In this document: piece after piece, positions 48,759 through 58,571 of the stretch
Numbering within the stretch: the first letter of the stretch is position 1
How the letters are laid out: each line of letters begins with the position of its first letter
From: Pseudogymnoascus verrucosus
Taxonomy: Eukaryota
Assembly: GCA_001662655.1 (NCBI GenBank)
Contig: KV460236.1
Length of the DNA: 64,000 nucleotides
Direction: 5' to 3' (one strand)
Translations under genes and position numbers: made by a program
The notes under the pieces: model-generated
Database searches by the model: none
Seen by the model: only the letters and a program-made list of their open reading frames with translations
Told to the model about the DNA's origin: nothing

Positions 48759-50711
48759 ATGGCTACACAATCTCCCCCTACGGGAGACCAGGTTTTGGTA
48801 AAACCAGAGAGTATCCCTGTTTCAGAGCTAAAAGAAGCTTCTCCAGCTGCAAAACCAACAGACATGGACGACACGGAGAAGAAAAGCCCACTGGATGCCA
48901 ATCCTGGACCATTATACCTCAATTATGACATTCCCACCACTAGCGGAAGGGGCGACGATGATGGTATTGGGCGAGAGCAGCCAATAGGTGCTGATATCCA
49001 GGATGGCAAGGAAGGCGACTTGGGTGATGAAGCTCTCGAAGAGGAGTCGTTGGAAGCCAGAATCGAGCGGCTCGGTCGTGAGCGACCCCAAGAGTTCAAA
49101 TCCCTCTGGGCTGAAATCGTTTTTGTTTTCTCAATTTCCATGTCCCAGGTGCTCAGTGTAAGTCAGGTCCCAAAAAAAAAATTGTCGGATATGAAATTAA
49201 CAGTTGCAGGAATACTTCGTCTCGGGATTCACTGTCGTTCTTCCGACCGTGGTTGTTGAGCTAAACATCCCCACAGCATCCAGCATCTGGCCTGCATCAG
49301 CCTTTTCTCTAGCCATTGCGGCGTTCCTGTTGGTGTTTGGCCGTCTCGGGGACATGTATGGCGGCTACCCATTATACGTCGGTGGCATGGCTTGGCTGGC
49401 CCTTTGGAGCTTGGTCTGTGGATTCTCCCAGAATGCGATAATGTTAGACGTTTGCCGTGCTTTGCAAGGCTTAGGATCGGCAGCATTTTTACCAAGCAGT
49501 ATGATGTTGATAGGAAGCATTTACAGACCAGGGCCAAGGAAAAACCTTGTATTTTCTATTTATGGAGCTTGCGCGCCGATAGGATTCTTGTAAGTCATTT
49601 TTCGCCCACACATCGTGATATTGGTACTAACAACACTAGTACTGGCATATTTTTTGCAGGTATTGCTGGACAATATACCACATGGGGCTGGTTTTTCTGG
49701 ATTGGCATGTTCCTCACGCTCATCACCACGGCCACCTCATATTTTTATATTCCCTCCGACATCAAAGAGCGCCGAGCGCTAGGTATCAAAATGGACTGGC
49801 TGGGCGCTATTTTGATAGTTACCGGCCTAACTCTATTTACCTTCGCCATAATAGATTCCTCGCATGCACCCCAGGGGTGGAAAACGCCTTACATCTATGC
49901 TCTCTTCATCGTCGGCTGTCTCCTACTCCTCGCCGCAGTCTATGTCGAAGGCTACGTCGCTGCTGATCCTCTAATACCAGCATCCATATTCAAAGTGCCC
50001 TGCATGACACCTCTCTTCTGCGCGCTTTTCTTCACTTACGGCTCCCTGGGTATGCTTCTACTCTTCGCAACATTTTACATGCAAACTATCATGGGCGCCT
50101 CTCCTCTCCTCGTCGTCGCCTGGTACACACCAATGGCTGTTGGCGGTATCTGCATCTCCACATTCGGCGGTTTCATCCTACATCTCCTATCCGGAACGGT
50201 GCTCATCTACGTGGCCGGCGTCGCCTGGATCCTTGCGCCGCTAATGTTTGCCATCGCACCTGATGGCGCCAGTTACTGGGCCTACGTCTTCCCCAGCATG
50301 ATATTTGCTACCATGGGCATCGACATCACCTTCAATGTTGCGAACATCTTCATTACCACCAGTTTGCCCAAGAAAGAGCAAGGCCTGGCTGGTGCTCTGA
50401 TTATGCTGGTTCTACATCTCGGCATCTCAGTTTGTCTCGGGTTGGCGGATATCGTTAATATCTCGACTCTCGCAAAACTTGGACAAAAGAAGAGCTACCA
50501 AGCAGTATTCTGGTTCGAAGTCGCCTGTGCGTCGACTGCGCTGCTGATTTTGGTACTGTTCGTACGTGTGAAGAAGGCCGCGAGTTCTCTGACTGTCGAT
50601 GAGATGGCAGAGATGGAGGAGGTAGCACAGCGAGAAGCTGAGGCACGAGGCGAGACCGTGAAGCTGAGTGCGACGAGGTCAGCTACGGCGAACCCTGCTG
50701 GACATACTTGA
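48759..50711 (+). CDS. MFS drug:H+ antiporter (DHA2/Atr1-like)
   Basis: Introns 49158-49209 and 49590-49639; FGRLGDMYG, RALQGLGSA, PGPRKN, MDWLGA; many TM helices; start could be 48732. Confidence 0.9.
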
Positions 50712-50766
50712 GGCTCTATAAGGCGCCTTCAATCTACAGAAGCTATCAGGCCTCTCGCGTAAGGAG

Positions 50767-50876
50767 TTGGATACGCCACGACGAAACCTCATCGTCTCAA
50801 ATATTATTATATATTATCTCATTGGATATGTCATGATGGAACCTCACCATCTCAAATATTATTATATACCATCCCA
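50767..50876. repeat. 55-bp tandem duplication, 45/55 identical
   Basis: 50767-50821 vs 50822-50876 align without gaps. Confidence 0.85.
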
Positions 50877-51151
50877 TCGATTTCATTTATTAGACAATAC
50901 AATATATATACTATACTTTCAATCTCTATGCTTCGTTATATTACCACACCTGCCTATTTAAAATACCTTTGTGGTAAAATTGTATTGTAGCGGTTCTTTT
51001 ATTTATTTCAAATATTACTGTACCAAAAATGTTATCTTTTCATGCTGCTTTCCGAAGGTATATTTGTATTGCTGTAAGTTTAATACAATTTCTAATATGT
51101 TCACCTGACAAAAAAAATTGGTACACTGGTGAGGACACGAGGGTGAGATTT

Positions 51152-51438
51152 GGAAGGCACGAGATGTGATACCGTCGTTCCTTCCTTTTCGCAGTTTTCT
51201 TGGGGGAGCATGAGTTTGATACCAGGAAGGCACGAATGTCTTTGTTCCTTCCTTCCCATAGATTGCTTGACAAAAGTTCACACGGAAGCTGCGAAGGATG
51301 TAGGCGTGATGTAAGGAAGGCACAGGATGCCGCCGTCGCTCCTTCCTTCCTGTAGCTTCCTTGGAAGAAGGTTCGTGGGGAAGGCGCAAAGGACGCAAGA
51401 ACGACAGAAGGAAGGTGCATGATTCCGTCATTCCTTCC
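51152..51438. repeat. Array of four GGAAGG-N(16-22)-CCTTCC inverted-repeat units
   Basis: Arms at 51152/51180, 51225/51247, 51315/51341, 51410/51433. Confidence 0.8.
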
Positions 51439-51550
51439 CTTCTAAATCTTCAAAAGCATCAGGGCAACCTACTTCATCCAGCCTGTCTACTTTTCCCCTC
51501 TGCAATGCTCTAACTATTGGGCATCATAGCTATTATTATCCACGAGGCAA

Positions 51551-54190
51551 ATGGCTCCCCGACCCCGTCACCGCGTATTATATTGGGGAAAATTGGAGTC
51601 GGCTGAAAAGCGCAGAGCCGATTCCGAGAAACTCGCTCATTTTCATGTCACGAATCTTATTAATTTGAGCATACCGCAGTATAGATCGCAGGGCACGCAG
51701 ACTGATGCTGGATGGGAGATACATGTCCCCCACATTCAAGGTGAGTGATAATGCAGTGCCATTGGTTTGCAATACTGATATTGGATAAGCTGAAGTCAAG
51801 CCTGTCGTTAAAAGTAAAGAGAAACCCAAAGAGGCGGAACAGCCCGAGCGTCCGGAAGTCATTGGCACATCCGTTATACGATTACCGAAATTCACCAAGG
51901 GACTGGGAAGGGTAGTTGAACCAGTGAAGCCTTCGGCGGAGACCAAAGGCAAAGGTAAAGCAGTTGAATCATCAAAGCCATCGGATGCCAAAGGTAAAGG
52001 GAAAGCAGTTGAACCATCAGAGCCGCTAGATGCGAGAGGCAAAGGAAAAGCAGTTGAATTATCAGATGCACTGAATACCAAAGGCAAAGGGAAAGAAGTT
52101 GAACCATCACAGCCATCAGAGCCAGCAGATGCGAAAGGCAAAGGAAAGGCAGTTGAACCACTAGAGCCAGCAGATGACAAAGTTAAATACAAGGCGGTCC
52201 AGATGACGGTGCTGCCAGATGATACAGAAGAAAGCAAAGTGGCTGAACCATCAAAACCACTAGATGGCAAAGGCAAAGGGAAGCTACTTGAACCATTAGA
52301 GCCACTAGATGCCAAAGGCAAAGAGAAAGCAGATGAACTACCAAAGCCAGTGGATGCCAAGGGCAAAGGGAAAGCCGACGAACCACCAGAGCCACTGGAT
52401 GCCAAAGGCAAAGACAAAGCCGTCCAAACGACGATGATACACGATGTTAAAGGCAAAAGCAAAGTGATCAAACCATCAAAAACACCAGATGCCAAAGGCG
52501 AAGTGGAACCAGTTGAGCCACCGAATGCAAAAGGCAAAGAGAAAGAGGTGCAGACGACAGAGCTGCCGGATTCTAAGGGCAAAAGAAAAGTAGTCGAACT
52601 ACCAACTCCGCTAGATAGCAAAAGCAAGGACAAAGCGGTCCAAACAACAGAGCTGCCATATCACAAGTATACAGACAAAACAGTTCAAACGCTGGATACA
52701 AAAACCGAAGACAAGGCGGTCCAAACGATGGTGCTGCCAGATACTGAGAACAAAGACAAACCAGTTCAGACGCCAGATAACATAAGCGAGGACATATCAC
52801 CTGAACCACCAGGGTTGCCGGTTAACAAAGATAAAGGCAAAGCTGTTGAACCACTAGGGCCTCCTGATGAAAATGGGAAAGGCAAATCTGCTGAATCGCT
52901 AGGGTCGCCTGATGACAAAGGGGAAAGCTTAGCTGTTGAATCACTAGGCTCGCCCGATGAAAAAGGGGAAGACAAAACGTCTGAACCATCAGAATTGCCA
53001 GTTGACAAGGGAAAAGGTAAAGCAGTCGAACAACCTGAGCCACTAGATGGAAAGGGCAAGGACGAAGCAGTTGAACAACCAGAGTCCCCAGATAGAAAGG
53101 GCAAGGGCAAAGCCAAGAACGAGGAACATGTATCGGAACAAGATGAGATTAAGGAGGCGATAAAGTTGCTCAATGATGAGCACAAGGCTACTGTCTCAGC
53201 ACTGAGACTCTCTTACCAGGAAGCGTTGGATAAGGGAGCTACCGATTCTAGCACGTCACATTGGGAGGAACTTAAGGCAATCGCTCATAACTACCACAAG
53301 GCGGGAGCAAATATGCAGAAGGCGCTTAATGCTGCAGCCAAAAAAACACAGTCTCTAGATGGTAAAGGAAAAGGAAAAGCTGTTGAGGGACAGGAGTTAC
53401 AACAAGGTACGATAACTGACCCACACAGTGATATTTTATTGACCTAGAAAGCTGCATTAGCACCTGAAAATCAGACACCCCGTCAGCAAAGCAAAACTGC
53501 CCCCCATAGAGGCATTGGCAAAAGAACACGACAAGAAGAAGAAGCCTTTCCGCGAACATTTCCACGAGCGCGCCCACGTGGCTTCCCCGGCCCATGGCGA
53601 CCAGATCTGTCACACCCAAGCTGGGACAGGATAGAAAGAATAAATTTTACGGTCATATTCGGTATGGGACCCTAATATAATATGTACGCATATGCTTATG
53701 CTGACAAAATCCAGCCGCAGAGGCATACATGCCACCATTCTGGGAACTCACTGTCCCTACACCATGTGAGCCGCTCGAGAGATATCGCTGCCTATGGAAC
53801 GCGGGACTCAGGCGCTACACCAAATTCTACGAAACCATATTTAAGGAGGAAAAGACGACGGCAGTAGGGCTACCGGGAATGACGCACTTTATTGAGCTGT
53901 TCGAGGGGTTTGTCAAAACTGGCATTTTACAGAGGATGATCCATGCTTCTATGAACATAATGACCCAGCTGATGGACCCAAAACAGAAGGGCAAGTTTCC
54001 CATAAAGAATCTTTGGGACGTGGGAAACCGAGTGGAACAGAACATCAACTACTGGTTCAAAATAAACGTAATATTCCACACACGAATGGTTTGGTATCAG
54101 AGGTTTTATGGCTTGTTATCAGTCCATGGCGAAACCACTCTACCAATTCCACTTTCAATGATTGCGCCATCGAGGGCTTTGCCAAATTAA
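51551..54190 (+). CDS. Unassigned 827-aa protein with ~26 x 15-aa KGKGKAVEP/DKAVQT repeats, helical segment and globular C-terminal domain
   Basis: Exons 51551-51740, 51790-53406, 53461-53661, 53715-54190 join in frame via three phase-1 GT-AG introns (2484 nt). Confidence 0.72.
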
Positions 54191-54240
54191 CAGATAGACA
54201 ATCTCAGTTGGCCATTGGACACTGAAGCTGAGCGAATAGG

Positions 54241-54421
54241 TTGCTTGCAGGGAGAGTGGCTGTCAAAAGGGGTGGACTGTATTGTCTCTAGCGTTTGATA
54301 TATATTGTATAGGGGTTAGGCAAGGAGATAGTTGCCTGGAGGGGCATTGACTGTCAAAAGGGGGCACTGTATTGTCTCTAGCGTTTGTTATATCTTGTAT
54401 AGGGGCTAGGCAAGGAGATAG
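54241..54421. repeat. ~90-bp tandem duplication
   Basis: CTGTCAAAAGGG..ACTGTATTGTCTCTAGCGTTTG..TTGTATAGGGG.TAGGCAAGGAGATAG twice. Confidence 0.9.
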
Positions 54422-54536
54422 CGGCCTCGGCGGCCTCGATGGACTCGGTGGACTCGACGGCCTGAGGCCGTCGAGGCCGTCGTCGTCGCCATAGCGAATA
54501 ATAGTATTGTTCCAATTGTACCATAAATAAACTGGA

Positions 54537-55335
54537 GCCACAAACAACCTCGTGATACAACAATGCCGCTTCCAGTTTGACGATATGCTGCTAAGACAAA
54601 ATCCTTCGCCGAGCCAGTAACGTTTCCTTCCATTTCCGTTTATATCTATAAAGATATCCAGCACCGGCACATAGCAGATGAAGGAGTGCGTTTGGAGCAC
54701 TAGCTGAAGAGAAAGACAAAGACACCGGCTACAAACAATGTGATGCAACACAGCTAACACAGCTGGTTTCAACTTGATGATATGCCGCCAGAACGAAATG
54801 CTTCGCCGAACACACAACACTTTGTTCTATCCCCGTTTATATCTGTAAAGATATCCAGCACCGGAGCATAACACATAAAGGAGTGTGTTTCGAGCACCAG
54901 CTAAGGAGAAAGACAACACCATCGGCCACAAACAACTTTCGTGATGCAACACTCGGCCACAAACAACCTCCGTGATCGTGATGCAACACTGCTGGTTTCA
55001 ATTTGATGGCGCCAAAACAGAACCCTTCCGGAGCACATAACGCTTCTTCCATCTCGGTTTATATCTATAATATTAGCCATCAGTGCATAGCACATAGAGG
55101 AGTGTTTGAACAATCTGCTAAAAAGAAAGACAAAGACATTGGTCACAAACAAGACTCCAACGGAAAGGAGGTTCGAGCTGTGGGAAGAAGATTCCAGTAG
55201 TAGAAAGGAGACAAACAATGAAAAAGCTCAGGGAAGAAAGATGCTATAGCACATAAAGGGGTGTGTTTAGACCACCAGCCAAAGAGAGACACAAACAAAG
55301 CTCCAACGACAAGGAGGTTTCAGCTGTGAAAAGAG
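54537..55335. repeat. Degenerate ~200-bp tandem repeat (3 copies plus a partial fourth)
   Basis: GTTTATATCT(A/G)TAA at 54638, 54835, 55057; ATAGCACATAAAGGAGTGTGTTT-like at 54671, 54868, 55087, 55246. Confidence 0.85.
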
Positions 55336-55680
55336 GTTATAGCCATGAGAATAAGACAAGGAGAAGACTCTGACTGTGAGAAAGAAACTCTTACAACAAT
55401 GGAGATCATGTTAAAATGGTACTTCATCTGTGGTGTGGCTCATACCACAATGAGTCTTTGGCCATGATTGGGCTCAAGCTGGAGTGAGTGTCCAGCTGTA
55501 AGAGGGAGGCTCTGGCTGTGAGGAGGAGACTACAGCCATGAGAATAAAGTGAATACTCTAGCTGTGATAAAGAGTCTCTTACAGCAATGGAGTTCATTTT
55601 CAAATGATACTCCAGCTGTGGTGAGGCTCACACTGAGTCCCCAACTGTGATGGGGCTCAACTAGAATGAGCCTCCAGCCA
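55311..55680. repeat. Degenerate 193-bp tandem duplication
   Basis: AGCCATGAGAATAA at 55341 and 55534; CTCTTACA.CAATGGAG, CTGTGGTG.GGCTCA and GGGCTCAA in both copies. Confidence 0.85.
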
Positions 55681-55895
55681 CGACAAGCGGCGGCCATCCC
55701 ACAACCTGGGCGGCAAAAAAGCACGCCGACACACCAGCCGCCGCGCGGGTCACATTTCCATGACCCCCCAGCCGCAGAAAGACAACAGCCACGGCAACGG
55801 GGGTCACGCCAAAGCCCAAACTTCGACTTTGGCGTTTGAGTGTTATTGTAACAACACAACAACACTCAAAAGACAACTTCACAGCCTTCACAGCC

Positions 55896-56690
55896 ATGCC
55901 TAGGTTGTCCCCGGCCGACAAGGCCGCTGCCAAAAAGCGTGCCAAGCAGATCCAAGAGGCTGTCTACCTCTGTGGAACTGCTCCATTCTCCCGTGAGAGA
56001 AGCCCCGTTGCTGCTGCCAACTGACACCATGCTGACATCAACCCACAGGCGTCATGATGATGACTCAGGAGGAATTGAGAACACTCATGCTCGATCTTGG
56101 TGATCAACGCCCAACTCGTATGTTTGATTGTTTGATGATGAACCCTGTGAAGTCCTATCACTGACATGATCACAGGCGAGCCTGGCAATACTATGCGCAA
56201 GGAGGTCATGAAGCTCCAAGGCGCTAAATTCCAAGCCTTCTGCAAATATGGCAGCATCTGGGACAATATGTCACAGCATTACGAGGCCATTAATGATGCT
56301 GAAGACCGCCTCCGCAATAGTAAGGGTGCCACCCCGCAGCAGTTGGAGTCAGCTATCGCTGTGCTGCAATTCTACCTGGATAACTCCACCAAGATCCTCA
56401 ACCACGGCTATGATCTCATTCGCATGCTTAATGAGAACGAGGCCTTTTCTCTCCGCCAGCTTGTTGCCGCCCAAGGAGACGCTACGATTCATCGCCAAGA
56501 TCGCGTTTACTACCAAATCACGGCCAGCCGCGCGACACTACTCTGCTGCAAAATCCGCGCCAAGATGACGAAGCCTTTCAAGTGCTGCACTGCTACGGCT
56601 AAGAAGGCGGCTAAGAAATTTTGCCGTAAGATCAGAAGGGCGAAGAAGAAGATGGGGAAGAAACCAGCGGGTGCACTTGTTGTGTTCTAA
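55896..56690 (+). CDS. Unassigned 226-aa helical protein with K/R/C-rich basic tail
   Basis: Exons 55896-55992, 56049-56117, 56176-56690 (681 nt); both introns have CTGAC branch and CAG acceptor and keep frame. Confidence 0.75.
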
Positions 56691-58571
56691 ATCTTTTCCA
56701 GGAAACTCTTGGGGGCAATTTTTTGAGTCCAGGATCTGTTTGACAGAGGGGACCAAGCTGAGAGTTTAGGACACTCTGATACGACTAGATATCAGGTGTA
56801 GATATAGGCCTTGTGTACGATGCAATAATACTAGAGAGAAGACAGCAGACAGTATGAACTGAGATACAAACCACTCCCAAGGAGTCTTTCTTTTGATTTG
56901 TGAAGTCATAGGTAAGATGCCGTGACTCTACTGATTATAATGTCCTTGTAAAGCACTTTTGAATGATGTTCTGGCACCCGTAAGAAACCTCTTAAATTAT
57001 AGATGCAGTTGAAGTGCCATTCATGCCGGCAATCGCTTTGGGATCAAGTGGTTCCACCCCCCATGCAAACCCCGCAGACGCCAGAATACGAGCGTTGTAC
57101 GAGTAGCGCGCCGTGGCGGAGCAATATTGTATGGAGGGTCGTCGTGCGGAGAAGTCACATATGCCACATCATCCAGAGCACCAATAGCGGTCTATACCAA
57201 CATTCCTTTTGCTCGGGCCGACGATGCACCCGAGAAACCAGAGGCGGTCTGAGAGCGAGAGCGAGCGGCTCGTCGTGACATTATCCCGCGCGTGAGACTT
57301 TGTTTCACTCCCTTACTCTCTATACTATACATCCTTTTTTTCATTTGTGGTGAAGCGGTGAAGTGGAAACATATCAATGGATAGGATGGGATTCTCAAAT
57401 TGGCCATGTCGAGAGTATATTTATTTATTTATACCTACATACTCTATAGAGCACTCTATACTCTAAGTTACCCTGTGTCCATCGCGTACTCTACACATAT
57501 ACCCATGGTTGCAAGGGTCAGAACTTGATCACAGACTCCTTTGCGGTGCAGTCCGCACTCTGCTGCATCTTTATCCCGACTGGGCGAAGTATTTATCCGG
57601 AGGGTCAGCTCCATGATGCTAGGCCTTATAGAGCAATTCGGCAACTCACCTTTGATGCTTGGCATCGCATGCCCATTATCCAGAATGAAAATCTGGGGTG
57701 CCGAGCCGATGTACTTGGACGTACATTTACAGTGTAAACTGCAGGTGCAAGTCCACTCCAGTGTGCCCTTCTCCTTGGGACGCCAACGTTGACACTTTCC
57801 CAGTATAGCCCCCGCATTTACTTCGAAATGAAGCAGCCACCACTCTCAACACACTCATCCCGCTGGCGTACTTCGCACAAGTCGCCCCGGAATTTGGCAG
57901 GCGACCTTCCAACAGCGCAGATCAAAGTGCAGATCAACCCCTTCGCGCAAAATGTGCCGACTGTTCGACTAACGCACAGATGCCCACTGACCCAATGAGC
58001 ATGGTAGGCACATACCACTAAGTGCTGATCACTGAAATTGTTACCGCCATGAACCGAGTGAGAATGCACAACTGTGATGCTAGGTTTAGTCGGTGTTGGT
58101 CTGTCTCATCTGCCAAAAGCGTGCTGCTTTGGACATAATAAGACTCGTGTGGATGCCCTGAGCCAACCACAGGCCAATCCTGCTGTGGCTTACTCCAGAG
58201 ACCTCCATCCAACCCCCAGCGGAATCCACGCCTCCGCCCAGGTTTACAATATTGTACTATCTTTGGGTACGTACATCTACATGCATTAAAATGCGCTTGG
58301 GGTGGAGAAGGGTGAAACTTGGGGAAAGGCAGCTCTCTTCGCGTGGCCGAAGTGTGGTGAGCGAGCACACGGCCCGCCACCCTTGAAGCTGTTAACATCC
58401 CGTTAGTGAGTGTTGGTTGGGAAGTATGTATGTACACCATCCCCTCTCTCTCCCCGGAGAAACTTTTCTCTCTGCTTGCTTGCCATGCCGACTTCGAAAA
58501 AATCGAGATATTCGTCTCTAGCATCTCCGGATTGTGCCAACAGAGCGGTTCTGTTGTAGGGGGGAAGCTGC

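Noticed and set aside
51578..52633. 351-aa minus-strand ORF (STAFPLPL repeats)
   Set aside because: Antisense shadow of the KGKGKAVE repeat exon; the plus strand has the coherent spliced model
53407..53460. Stwintron, or use of first AG (53447) giving a CaaX-like end ESCIST
   Set aside because: The internal intron would be only 22 nt; the first AG is too close to the TTGAC branch point; AG at 53460 restores the long frame
51152..55680. Repeat arrays as CRISPR or as an intact transposon/Starship
   Set aside because: Eukaryotic context, degenerate units, no cas, transposase, RT or tyrosine recombinase ORF, and no TIR/LTR/TSD identified
54263..55865. ORFs inside the non-coding repeat region (e.g. 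54263-54820, 55003-55200, 55530-55865)
   Set aside because: Frames are not preserved between repeat copies, starts are mostly non-ATG, and composition is not protein-like
57500..58570. Multiple CreA-type SYGGRG sites upstream of the sugar transporter
   Set aside because: Plausible biologically, but this degenerate 6-mer occurs about every 250 bp by chance; no clear enrichment by eye
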